Notes: generated by a model from the sequence alone, not told the origin. A stretch of 36,330 nt of DNA from an uncultured Candidatus Saccharibacteria bacterium (GCA_964637485.1 CAZWUU010000002.1:1-36330), one strand, 5' to 3'; shown: positions 1 through 9,611, numbered from the stretch's first letter. Made by a program: numbers and translations.

Positions 1-990
<990 letters not shown>

Positions 991-1116
991 AAAAACCGCT
1001 TGTGTTATATTTTGTTTATATTTGACCCGCAATTCACCGACCAGGTGAACAGCGGAATATAAACTACCTACATTGCTTATTACTTACATACTTGCCTGAC
1101 CGCAACTCCTAATAAA

Positions 1117-1195
1117 TTAAGAGCGGGTCAAGTTATTCCATTTTCAAAGATTCAATCATCCTGCCTTATAAACGAAAAACCGCTTCATTGAGCGG
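1117..1195 (-). promoter_or_regulatory. rRNA leader elements: boxB-like hairpin followed by a boxA-like antitermination sequence
   Basis: The minus strand has the hairpin CCGCTCAATGAAGCGG (1195-1180) followed by TTTTTCG. About 55 nt further downstream is CGCTCTTAA (1125-1117), which resembles boxA (rrn TGCTCTTTAACAA, lambda CGCTCTTA). A hairpin followed by boxA is the rrn-leader order. Confidence 0.4.
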
Positions 1196-1280
1196 CCGAT
1201 TGTCACTTCACCAAAGGCGAATGTGGCTATGGCCGACTGTATGCGCGATTAGTGTTTGTAATCATTCTGATGTAGGCATA

Positions 1281-1308
1281 AGTATACTTGCCGTCGAAAT
1301 ATAGTCAA
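1281..1308 (-). promoter_or_regulatory. Candidate sigma70-type promoter for the 23S rRNA unit
   Basis: The minus strand reads TTGACT (1308-1303), a 16-nt spacer, then TATACT (1286-1281). It sits about 290 nt upstream of the mature 23S 5' end, and no other minus-strand gene lies between them. Confidence 0.5.
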
Positions 1309-1348
1309 TAGTCTTCTCAGTAGATAAGCGGACTTGGTAAAACATGAA

Positions 1349-1357
1349 TGATATAAT
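1349..1357 (+). promoter_or_regulatory. Extended -10 (TGATATAAT) 6 nt upstream of the pilin ATG
   Basis: TG at 1349-1350, TATAAT at 1352-1357, then GAAAAA, then ATG at 1364. No Shine-Dalgarno sequence. Confidence 0.5.
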
Positions 1358-1363
1358 GAAAAA

Positions 1364-2161
1364 ATGAAGAATCGCGGGTTCACTCTTATTGAACTACTTG
1401 TAGTAGTTTCCATCATAGGAATGCTCGCTTCTATAGTTCTAGCGTCACTTTCTAGCGCCAGAGACAAAGCCAGACTAGCATCTGCGATGCAATTCGCTGG
1501 AAATGTATACAGAGCAAACGGTGATCAGATGATGGTAGGATTTAACTTTGATGAGTCATCTGGAAATGCTCTGGATATTTCAGGCAACAACAGAAACGGT
1601 GTAGTACAAAATGGAGCGTTGAGATCAACCGACGTATATTATGGGACTGGCAGATCCATCCAGTTCGACGGAGTAAACGACTTCGTTGAGATTCCGGCAT
1701 TCAGCCCAGAATTGAATGGCACTGAGGAGACGGTAACCTTGTGGGTAAAACACAACACAGCTCTCAGTGATTATATTTTGATCAACACCGGTGATTGGAG
1801 GAGAAGATTATTCGGTACCACATGGACACTGGTAAACAGTGCGGGCACTTATCACAATATGAATTTGCCCAAAGTTAATGATGGTAACTGGCATCATGTC
1901 GCTTACACAGTAAAAGGTACTGAGGTGAGATCCTATGTCGATGGAAGACTCATAGAATCCAGGATTATGGATGCAGGAATGCCCTCAACAAGTGGTACCT
2001 GGTGGCTTGGAAGAATATGCGCCGGAGCCAGTTGTGATTTGTATTATGCTGGCAAAGCTGACGATCTAAATATATACGGCAGGAGTCTAGTAGGTTATGA
2101 GATAGAGGAACTTTATAGGCAAGGGATTATAGCGCGATTGGCCGACAACACGGGCCAGTGA
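1364..2161 (+). CDS. Type IV pilin-like / pseudopilin with a C-terminal LamG (concanavalin-A-like lectin) domain
   Basis: The N-terminus MKNRG|FTLIELLVVVSIIGMLASIVL is a class III prepilin signal (Gly-1, Phe+1, Glu+5). The C-terminal ~200 aa has LamG-type features (WHHVAYT..., DDLNIYGRSL). Confidence 0.85.
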   Translation: MKNRGFTLIELLVVVSIIGMLASIVLASLSSARDKARLASAMQFAGNVYRANGDQMMVGFNFDESSGNALDISGNNRNGVVQNGALRSTDVYYGTGRSIQFDGVNDFVEIPAFSPELNGTEETVTLWVKHNTALSDYILINTGDWRRRLFGTTWTLVNSAGTYHNMNLPKVNDGNWHHVAYTVKGTEVRSYVDGRLIESRIMDAGMPSTSGTWWLGRICAGASCDLYYAGKADDLNIYGRSLVGYEIEELYRQGIIARLADNTGQ

Positions 2162-2235
2162 TCCGACAAGAATATTTATTCCTTCTATAAAACTTAATCG
2201 TATATGTAACGCTCCTGAAAAAGCGGTAAAACAAA

Positions 2236-2262
2236 ACAGCCCCTAGCAATAGCCGGGACTGT
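2236..2262. terminator. Hairpin between convergent genes; works best as a minus-strand intrinsic terminator
   Basis: ACAGCCCC...CGGGACTGT stem. On the minus strand it is followed by TTTTGTTTTACCGCTTTTT; on the plus strand only by TTT. Confidence 0.55.
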
Positions 2263-2287
2263 TTCGTAAATGATGGTTTGAAACTCC

Positions 2288-2977
2288 TTAGTCCTTCTGC
2301 AACACTGTCTGTGCAGTCTTTTCTATGAGCTTCTGAGCGGTGTCTCTTCCACCCAAACCAAACGCCAATCCAAGAGCAAGCGCGAGGCCTGCAAAGATTG
2401 CGGTGATAAGAGTCTGTATGAGACTCGGCGCTACACCCAAGGTGTAAAGCGCGGTCAATAAAGCAAATATCCAGATAGACCACTTTGTGACTCTTCCGCC
2501 CAATTCGGCTACGTGAAGATGACCGGCCTTGGCACTGGCAACGACGACTTTCTGCATCGTTGTAGCAACGACCGCTCCTATGAGCAATACGAGTACTGCT
2601 ACGATAACCTGAGGCAAGTAGCTGACTACGCTCTGTAAGAATTCATTGACCTGATTCAGTCCCAAGATCTCAAATGAGGCCATGAGAAAAACCACGATCA
2701 CGAACCACTTACACAGAACTCCTACAAACCTTCCAGAGTCCAGATTGTGTCCGGCTCTCTTTACTACATCCTCCATTCCAGCTGATCTGAGTGCTGAATC
2801 GAGTTTGAGAGTCTTGATTATGCTGTCGACCAACTTTTCAACCAAGGCGGCAAGAACCCAACCAATGGCGAATATAATAATAGCGACTATGAGATTTGGC
2901 ACCTGAGCCATGACCCCATACCAAACGTTTTGGAGCGAAGCTGTAAATACCTCTCCCCAATTTTGAATAAATGTCAT
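2288..2977 (-). CDS. Polytopic membrane protein with repeated TM-helix modules (resembles the 'conserved TM helix' / MscS N-terminal-like family)
   Basis: 229-aa ORF with four to five hydrophobic helices separated by short charged amphipathic linkers. No catalytic motif recognised. Confidence 0.6.
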   Translation of the reverse strand: MTFIQNWGEVFTASLQNVWYGVMAQVPNLIVAIIIFAIGWVLAALVEKLVDSIIKTLKLDSALRSAGMEDVVKRAGHNLDSGRFVGVLCKWFVIVVFLMASFEILGLNQVNEFLQSVVSYLPQVIVAVLVLLIGAVVATTMQKVVVASAKAGHLHVAELGGRVTKWSIWIFALLTALYTLGVAPSLIQTLITAIFAGLALALGLAFGLGGRDTAQKLIEKTAQTVLQKD

Positions 2978-3025
2978 AATTATGTTTTAGGCTTATAATT
3001 ACCTTATAACACCTATATTATATCG

Positions 3026-3652
3026 TTACGAGAGCTCTAAGCCCAGACGGTCCAACAGAGTTATGTGGGGATAATCCAATATATCTCGTATCAATCGGTC
3101 GTGAATTCCCAATCTATATTCGAAATCTTGAGTTTCAAACGCAGAATATGCTATTTCTCGGCCTATTTCAGCTTCTATGGACTTAATGATTGATTCTATT
3201 CTTCTCTGATCCAACTCATCTCCCACTATCAAGAGATCCACTCTTGAGTCCAAAGACTGCATGAATATTCCCGAAGCAACCAATAATTTTAACTTGCCAA
3301 TATGAGTGAACTTCTTGGTCAAACTATCATCGGCCGAAACACTGGCGACTATGAGCAAATTCTTTAATTGCTCTACATATATAAACTTTGTATTCAATGC
3401 ATACGAAAGACCATGATATTTTTTCATATCTTTTCCCTCTTCCGAACTGGCAGTGATTTCCTTGGTCGTAAGTCGCTTTTTTAATAGACCCACTTTCAAT
3501 AAATTAGACAGCTCTTTTTTTACCACAGACTCCTTGATTTTCGTCCTTTCTATGATTTCCTCCAGGAAAAATGGCGTTTCAGGGTTAAATAAGAAGAGCC
3601 TCAAAATACGGACTTTCGCTTGGCTACCAAATATGGCGGTTAATATATCCAT
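3026..3652 (-). CDS. Winged-helix (ArsR-like) DNA-binding protein with an uncharacterised C-terminal domain
   Basis: The N-terminus AKVRILRLFLFNPETPFFLEEIIERTKIKESVVKKELSNLLKVGLLKK has a wHTH pattern. The remainder is not recognised. Confidence 0.55.
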   Translation of the reverse strand: MDILTAIFGSQAKVRILRLFLFNPETPFFLEEIIERTKIKESVVKKELSNLLKVGLLKKRLTTKEITASSEEGKDMKKYHGLSYALNTKFIYVEQLKNLLIVASVSADDSLTKKFTHIGKLKLLVASGIFMQSLDSRVDLLIVGDELDQRRIESIIKSIEAEIGREIAYSAFETQDFEYRLGIHDRLIRDILDYPHITLLDRLGLELS

Positions 3653-3714
3653 GATCGGTATTGATTAATTTGCGGGGGCATTGTAGCATAGCCTCAAGGC
3701 CAAAGACAGAAGGC

Positions 3715-3750
3715 AATCGGTATTCAAAAGAGATTTTGAAATAACCGATT
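3715..3750 (+). promoter_or_regulatory. Long imperfect hairpin in the rplJ 5' region (possible L10-leader-type autoregulatory structure)
   Basis: AATCGGTATTCAAAA-GAGA-TTTTGAAATAACCGATT lies about 80 nt upstream of the rplJ ATG. The L10(L12)4 complex is known to autoregulate through a leader structure in other bacteria. Confidence 0.3.
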
Positions 3751-3827
3751 AATAAGACCTTCCGAGGTTATATCTCAAGTTTTTTCGGCCTATTGGGTCG
3801 AATTTATTATTAGCACAGAACAAAAAA

Positions 3828-4334
3828 ATGGCTCGCACAAAAGTACAAAAACAAGAAATCATAGACAAGCTGAGCTCGGCTATGAAGGATTCAAATTCTT
3901 TGGTCTTCGTAAACTTTCACGGACTCACCGTAGGTGAAGTCACCGCCATGAGGAAAAACCTCAAGAAAGACGGCGTGAAGTATTTCGTTGCAAAGAAGAC
4001 CTTGGTTGAAAAAGCTCTTCAGAGTCAGGGATATGCTGGGAATCAACCTTCCCTAGTCGGAGAGTTTGGACTGGCCTACGGAACTGATCTCGTAGCGCCA
4101 GCAAGAGGAGTCTATGAATTCCAGAGGAAGTTCAAGGATAAGGTTTCGATCGTCGGTGGAGTATTCGAAAAATCATACATGAATAAAGATGAGATGGTTG
4201 CTATAGCGGCAATACCTCCTCGAGAAACTCTGTATGGCATGTTCGTAAACGTCATCAACTCCCCTATTCAGGGATTGGTCATGGCTCTCGATCAGATCGC
4301 AAAGAAGCCTTCAAGTACCCCGGCCACAGCGTAA
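3828..4334 (+). CDS. rplJ: 50S ribosomal protein L10
   Basis: 168 aa with an L10-like sequence (VFVNFHGLTVGEVTAMRKNLKK...), immediately followed by L7/L12. Confidence 0.9.
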   Translation: MARTKVQKQEIIDKLSSAMKDSNSLVFVNFHGLTVGEVTAMRKNLKKDGVKYFVAKKTLVEKALQSQGYAGNQPSLVGEFGLAYGTDLVAPARGVYEFQRKFKDKVSIVGGVFEKSYMNKDEMVAIAAIPPRETLYGMFVNVINSPIQGLVMALDQIAKKPSSTPATA

Positions 4335-4359
4335 TATTAACAGTCATTAATTAAAATTT

Positions 4360-4758
4360 ATGGAATCAAATCAAACAGTTGAAATTCCGGCAAAATTCAA
4401 GACATTAGTTGAATCAATCGAAAAGATGTCGGTCATTGAGCTTAATGAGCTCGTAAAATTATTGGAAAAGAAATTCGGCGTATCAGCGCAGGCAGTAGCA
4501 GTCGCCGCTCCTGGAGCCGCAGCCGCACCAGCAGCAGGTGAGGAGAAGAGCACCGTAGCAGTACATCTCAAGGAAGCAGGTGCTCAAAAGATTGCAGTCA
4601 TAAAGGTTGTAAAGGAAGTCTTGGGACTCGGTCTCAAGGAAGCCAAGGATCTCGTCGACGGAGCACCCGCTCTCATCAAGGACGCAATGAAAAAGGAAGA
4701 TGCAGAAGCTCTCAAGAAGCAGATCGAAACAGCTGGTGGAAAAGTAGAATTCAAATAA
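4360..4758 (+). CDS. rplL: 50S ribosomal protein L7/L12
   Basis: 132 aa with an Ala-rich hinge ([17 protein letters not shown]) and the conserved C-terminal domain ([27 protein letters not shown]...GGKVEFK). Confidence 0.95.
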   Translation: MESNQTVEIPAKFKTLVESIEKMSVIELNELVKLLEKKFGVSAQAVAVAAPGAAAAPAAGEEKSTVAVHLKEAGAQKIAVIKVVKEVLGLGLKEAKDLVDGAPALIKDAMKKEDAEALKKQIETAGGKVEFK

Positions 4759-4774
4759 TCCAGACGCAGCAAAT

Positions 4775-4812
4775 AAAAAACCGTCCTTCGACTATACTCG
4801 GGGCGGTTTTTT
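4775..4812. terminator. Bidirectional intrinsic terminator between rplL (+) and the lipase gene (-)
   Basis: AAAAAA-CCGTCC...GGGGCGG-TTTTTT. The GC stem is flanked by an A-run and a T-run. Confidence 0.7.
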
Positions 4813-4818
4813 ATATTA

Positions 4819-7602
4819 TTAGTTGCTAATAGAGTCTGTAATTTCAATGAATTCTTTTATATATCCGACCAACCTCAGTCTTTCCTGCTTCGAAAGTTCC
4901 TTAATATTTATGTGACCTGTTAATTTCAGCAGACTCAGTGATTGCTTTTCAAACTGTCTCAATTTATTTTGTTTTATTAATTTTCTTAGTTTATCGAATT
5001 TCATCAGAACTTTTTTATCTGATGACGTATCCCCTAAAATCTTAATTGAGAATTTTTCAATGACATCGATCATCATATCTGTCGCAAGTACTTCTGCTTG
5101 TTTAGTAGTCGTGGCATTGCCGGGCAGGCCTGTACCATTCATCGTGACATAATCGTCCACACCACCATCTCCGTCATTATCAATGAGCAAGGGATCCAAT
5201 CTGTCTGTCGATATGGAACTCGATGCTATGAGAAGCGGACTAGTAACGATGGTTTCATATAATACCCTCTTCGAATCACTTTCGGTGTTTAACTCCACCT
5301 CATATGAAGCAAAGCCAAACCCTGTGCCTTTTATAGATATGGAATACTCAGAAGATACATCATATGGTAAATCTATGAACGTGTGATATCCACCAGATCC
5401 ATCATCAGTGATCCTAAATCTACTTCCGGGTATATTTTCCTCATACTGCGCCTTCACATATGAATCCGTATTCTCAATACTGAGACTTTCGACCAGCCCC
5501 GTATGTCTTCCATACTTATCATACACGTGTAATTCTACCGGAGAATGCGTACTGACTGCCACAGATGATTTGTTTGACTGTATTTGCTGCTCTGCTCCAA
5601 GCGTAATTACATTGTCAGGTTCTAAGGAGTCATAATCTTTCAATACTATTTTTCTGATAGTATCCTGAACGACACTGGAACCGAGAATATTTGAATGATC
5701 TCTGCGATCCCCGGCTTCAGATAGCTTTGTCAAATTGATAGATGTGGTAGTTCCCGTTCCATATGTAGCACTTGAAGCAACGACAGTCCCATCGCCTTGA
5801 TCGGTATTAACGATTTCATAATACGCTTCTGGTACACACGTCGATTTCATAAGTGCAAAAGAACATTTTTGTCTTGATCCGTATCTCACCGCCGAGGCTG
5901 TAGGATGACTTGTTCCCACTATGCCATATCTATCTATATTGTTAGGCCAAACAAAGTTATTTATTTCCCTGTGTATATTGTCGGCAAGGCCAATCAGCAA
6001 ATCATTGGCAATAATCGGTTTATTGATTTCAGCGGAATCTGGCTGTTTTCTTATACCGAGCTTATCCGCCAAGAATGATTCCTGATCGAAATAACTACTT
6101 ATACTTCGCGCATACGAACCATCATTAATATAAGACGGTGTATCATCAGAAAAAATAATTGTTGGATCAGACACATTTTCGAAGTATTTCTTAGATGGAA
6201 GCAGTTGATACAGACTCGGCATATTCCTGCCCAAGTTTCTGGCAGATGATTCATTCAAGAAAAAACCATTCAAGATATTGTGTCCATTGCCATGAAGCAG
6301 TCCCGCTATCGCCTCCGGCGTCCCCAGATACGGCACCGCCACGGATATGTATGTATCAACAATATTCGAGAGACCCAATTCCTGTAAATGTTTTATGAAG
6401 TATCTAGCAACCAGACCACCATTGCTATGAGCAACAATATTAATTTTCCCAGTAAATGATGAGGACGCCAATTGTATCGCTTCATCCAAGAGACTCTTGG
6501 TCGTAGATGTCGATAATGTATGAATCAATGCGGTAGTAGAGGCCGGCATTCGCCAATCATATGCGTATTCTTTCCAACTATATATATGTCCGTCCTGCAC
6601 AAGCTTGCTCAGATAATTTATGAATGACCCATATATATCTTTTGCTCCGTAAGCTGATCCGATCACTGATCCGACCGTTATATCTGATTTAGTACTTGAA
6701 CCGAAGGAATCCAAATGCATTATTTCCAGGTCAGAACTGCTATAGGGCTCCCACAATTTCTTATCACCGTAATATAGTCTACTGCCTTCAAGACCTGGCA
6801 GGAATAATATACTCGAACAGCAAGACAGTTTGCGTGATCTCGAGACTGGATTGTAATCAAGCCATGGATCATATGTCACATCTCCGACTATTCTATTTAT
6901 ACCTATTCGAGACGGACCAGATTCACTTCCCCACCAATTATCCTTCGCCTCGACCGAACGAAAATTGTAGGTGTTATCGATCGCTCTATTATTATTTATA
7001 AATGAGGAATATGTTACATCAATTTCAGAGGGTATTTGCAATTCTGGCTCTCTCAATCCATATATTCCCGCAGCACCATTGTTTTCAAAAACGGAGTTCC
7101 GAACCTTGGCTTTACTTGCCCAAAGATATAAACCAGATCCGGATGCCCCAGTAACACTCGACGAGGCAAAGTTCAAATCAGACATGTATGCAACAACTGT
7201 TGTTTTCGTAAACCGCGCGTACTTTATGCTCATACTAGCGCGCCTAGAATGTATCTTGAATATTTGTGACACCTGGACCGGCTCTTGTTCTGTGCCATTT
7301 ATATGAAGCGAGGCATCAGGGTCAAGATACAGTCCTATGTCAGAAGCATCACTAGTCTTTCCTACGACAACCCCAGGCTGAATATCCAGTCTGACACCAG
7401 TTCTAACAAAGATATCTTTGTTGAGAAGGTATGGATTACCGTCCTTGGTCCAAACTTGAGAAGTAGAAATATCTGTATCAACGATGGTTCCAGTCTGCTT
7501 TTTTGCAGAATGAACAGGCGACCAATAATAAACGATAGCCACAAAAACAACCATCACGCACGCCGAATACTTTACATATCGGCCAGGATAAAATTTTTGC
7601 AT
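4819..7602 (-). CDS. Secreted or membrane-anchored multidomain protein: parallel beta-helix, LCAT-like alpha/beta-hydrolase (lipase, phospholipase or acyltransferase), beta-sandwich region, Ca-binding-like DNDGDGGVDD motif and a coiled C-terminus
   Basis: N-terminal hydrophobic anchor (VMVVFVAIVYYW). Beta-helix repeats (NSVFENNGAAGIYG, SSFINNN). LCAT-family signatures LFLPGLEGSRLY, YDWR, nucleophile elbow AHSNGG (Ser393, codon 6424-6426), QGDGTV and DHSNI. Confidence 0.8.
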   Translation of the reverse strand: MQKFYPGRYVKYSACVMVVFVAIVYYWSPVHSAKKQTGTIVDTDISTSQVWTKDGNPYLLNKDIFVRTGVRLDIQPGVVVGKTSDASDIGLYLDPDASLHINGTEQEPVQVSQIFKIHSRRASMSIKYARFTKTTVVAYMSDLNFASSSVTGASGSGLYLWASKAKVRNSVFENNGAAGIYGLREPELQIPSEIDVTYSSFINNNRAIDNTYNFRSVEAKDNWWGSESGPSRIGINRIVGDVTYDPWLDYNPVSRSRKLSCCSSILFLPGLEGSRLYYGDKKLWEPYSSSDLEIMHLDSFGSSTKSDITVGSVIGSAYGAKDIYGSFINYLSKLVQDGHIYSWKEYAYDWRMPASTTALIHTLSTSTTKSLLDEAIQLASSSFTGKINIVAHSNGGLVARYFIKHLQELGLSNIVDTYISVAVPYLGTPEAIAGLLHGNGHNILNGFFLNESSARNLGRNMPSLYQLLPSKKYFENVSDPTIIFSDDTPSYINDGSYARSISSYFDQESFLADKLGIRKQPDSAEINKPIIANDLLIGLADNIHREINNFVWPNNIDRYGIVGTSHPTASAVRYGSRQKCSFALMKSTCVPEAYYEIVNTDQGDGTVVASSATYGTGTTTSINLTKLSEAGDRRDHSNILGSSVVQDTIRKIVLKDYDSLEPDNVITLGAEQQIQSNKSSVAVSTHSPVELHVYDKYGRHTGLVESLSIENTDSYVKAQYEENIPGSRFRITDDGSGGYHTFIDLPYDVSSEYSISIKGTGFGFASYEVELNTESDSKRVLYETIVTSPLLIASSSISTDRLDPLLIDNDGDGGVDDYVTMNGTGLPGNATTTKQAEVLATDMMIDVIEKFSIKILGDTSSDKKVLMKFDKLRKLIKQNKLRQFEKQSLSLLKLTGHINIKELSKQERLRLVGYIKEFIEITDSISN

Positions 7603-7686
7603 TATTTCCTATTATGAATAATGCAGTAAATCTAACCGGGCAGATTAAAAATTAGGCAAAACAAATATTAAATTTGTAATAAAGTA

Positions 7687-7794
7687 TTAATTTGTGTATT
7701 GAACGGCAACAACAATGACCACGAGACTTAACGCCAGAATTGCGACGAAACCCATCAAAAATTTAAAAAAGGTTTTATCAAATAATCCGAACAT
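7687..7794 (-). CDS. Candidate 35-aa single-pass membrane peptide, translationally coupled to the upstream surface-protein gene
   Basis: Minus-strand ORF MFGLFDKTFFKFLMGFVAILALSLVVIVVAVQYTN. Its ATG overlaps the TAA stop of the 600-aa gene (TAATG at 7796-7792). It is below the 60-aa cutoff of the ORF track. Confidence 0.35.
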   Translation of the reverse strand: MFGLFDKTFFKFLMGFVAILALSLVVIVVAVQYTN

Positions 7795-9596
7795 TATATT
7801 TGCTTGTTTAGTAGTGCTCTGGTAGAGGGGCCTACGACTCCGACTGGACTCAGATTATTAGCTTTTTGATACTTAGAAACTGCTTGAGAAGTCAGTACCC
7901 CGAACTTGCCAGTGACAGGACCGCTGTAATGACCGAGTTTCGTTAATAACTTTTGAAGAGCGGTGACATCAGCCCCAGTCATTCCAGATGATATATTCCT
8001 ATAGAAAGTGATTTTATCGCTAGCTTGATTTGATGGTGGTACCGCTTGAGCAACAGAAGCCGATTGGCTCGACCCGGACAAATAATCCGTGCTAACAACA
8101 AAATTGATAGAATTTCTCTTACCTGCCTGATTTGCAATTTCTATTTTGACCGGCAACGAAGATTGTTCATTGATTGTAAGGGTGTAACTGACAACATAAG
8201 GTCCGCTCCCTGCACCGGAAACACTCAATCTCTTGTTATCACCAACGATTACTGTTGGCATATTTACAGCCTGGTTTGTGCTGAAATTGATATTGAGCAT
8301 TGTTCCATTCCCCATGAATTGTCCTGACCCGTTAGAAGAAATGGAGATATTTGTTATCGATGGACTTACATTTTGATTATTGGTAGCGGTATTATTCGCC
8401 GCAGATCCGGAAGAATTTGAATTTGGCGCGACATATACATATATATACCCACACCCACCCGCCACCTGACAAATCTTTATATTTACACCTCCGAAATCTC
8501 GTCCTGTTAACTCCAGATTATTGCCATTTATGTTTGCTGTGACAATATTTGGACTTGGATTTTCCTGCACCGAATAATTTCCCAGGCCATAAATATTTGC
8601 AGTCTTATTTTCACCCACTATCATATTTATTGTACTTGGATTGAAAGTGATTGCATTTGTGTTTTGATTTACTGTGCTTTGATTATTTTGACTTTGCCCG
8701 ACAACCGTCACATCCACCCTGCCACAACTCGTGCTATTCGCCGATGAGGCGCAAACCGAGATTGCAGCCGTTCCAGCCGATAGTGGATTTAGAGTTAGTG
8801 CATTACCATTTAGATAAGCATTCACAACACCTGGGGCTGGATTTGACGATATATAGTAATTACCGGCACCACTCACAGTGATTGTCCTCGGTACACCGAG
8901 GTTCACTGTAACCGAACTTTCGCTGAACGAAAGTGGACCATTTGATCCCGATGAAGATGTATTACCCTGCTGGACGGTCACCAACACAGTAGAACATCCC
9001 ATCGTACCGGCACAAATTCGAATGTTTGAACTTCCGACAGTTAAAGCGTTTATTATTATCTGGTGCCCATTTACATAAGCCTGTACCGACGAGCTGTTGG
9101 AATTTTCCGAAATGTTTAGTCCTGAACTGGCATTTGTCACTACGACACTATTTTGTCCGACAGTCAGACTTAATTGAGACGGGCTGGCAGATAATCCGCC
9201 TGAAATAGAAGAAATGGTAGGCCAGTTTACTATCTGCGATCTCTGTCCATCTACCATGACATATACGGGAGCCTGCGAAGTGATTCCATACTGCGACGAA
9301 TTTACGGATGTCAAAACATATCCGCTTACATTAGTATTTCCCAATGAAATAACACCATACGATCCTCCTGATGGATAATACAGAGTGGCTTGAGTGTTTG
9401 GATTGGCTCCATATATGGTCACTTGAACCGCATCAGTACCAGAAGACGGTTGACCCAAGATCAGATTTGGCACGAGAGCCGCCTGCGCTTGCGATACAAA
9501 AATCATAAAAATAAATGCTGATGTGATCGCAATACCGAAGCACTTCCTCGCTGAGATTATTATGTTCGCTATATTTATTGAATTATTGTTTGTCAT
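7794..9596 (-). CDS. Cell-surface protein: signal anchor, three Cys-containing Ig-like repeats and a C-terminal peptidoglycan-binding (PG_binding_1-like) domain
   Basis: N-terminal anchor and signal (FGIAITSAFIFMIFVSQAQA). Repeats each end in ...C....C..V.V. The C-terminus GMTGADVTALQKLLTKLGHYSGPVTGKFGVLTSQAVSKYQKANNLSPVGVVGPSTRALL is a typical PG-binding repeat. Confidence 0.8.
   Translation of the reverse strand: MTNNNSINIANIIISARKCFGIAITSAFIFMIFVSQAQAALVPNLILGQPSSGTDAVQVTIYGANPNTQATLYYPSGGSYGVISLGNTNVSGYVLTSVNSSQYGITSQAPVYVMVDGQRSQIVNWPTISSISGGLSASPSQLSLTVGQNSVVVTNASSGLNISENSNSSSVQAYVNGHQIIINALTVGSSNIRICAGTMGCSTVLVTVQQGNTSSSGSNGPLSFSESSVTVNLGVPRTITVSGAGNYYISSNPAPGVVNAYLNGNALTLNPLSAGTAAISVCASSANSTSCGRVDVTVVGQSQNNQSTVNQNTNAITFNPSTINMIVGENKTANIYGLGNYSVQENPSPNIVTANINGNNLELTGRDFGGVNIKICQVAGGCGYIYVYVAPNSNSSGSAANNTATNNQNVSPSITNISISSNGSGQFMGNGTMLNINFSTNQAVNMPTVIVGDNKRLSVSGAGSGPYVVSYTLTINEQSSLPVKIEIANQAGKRNSINFVVSTDYLSGSSQSASVAQAVPPSNQASDKITFYRNISSGMTGADVTALQKLLTKLGHYSGPVTGKFGVLTSQAVSKYQKANNLSPVGVVGPSTRALLNKQI
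8430..9191 (-). repeat. Three tandem ~75-aa protein-level repeats (Ig/BIG2-like) within the 600-aa gene
   Basis: aa ~136-208, 221-298 and 316-389 share the pattern L(S/T)V..G....(V/I)......Y.(V/I)..N......A.(V/L)NGN.L.L......G...I..C.......C..V.V.V. Confidence 0.65.
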
Positions 9597-9602
9597 GATC
9601 CA

Positions 9603-9611
9603 ATTATAACA
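9603..9611 (-). promoter_or_regulatory. Extended -10 (TGTTATAAT) 6 nt upstream of the ATG of the 600-aa gene
   Basis: The minus strand reads TGT-TATAAT-TGGATC-ATG (ATG at 9596). It overlaps the U-tract of the upstream terminator. Confidence 0.5.
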
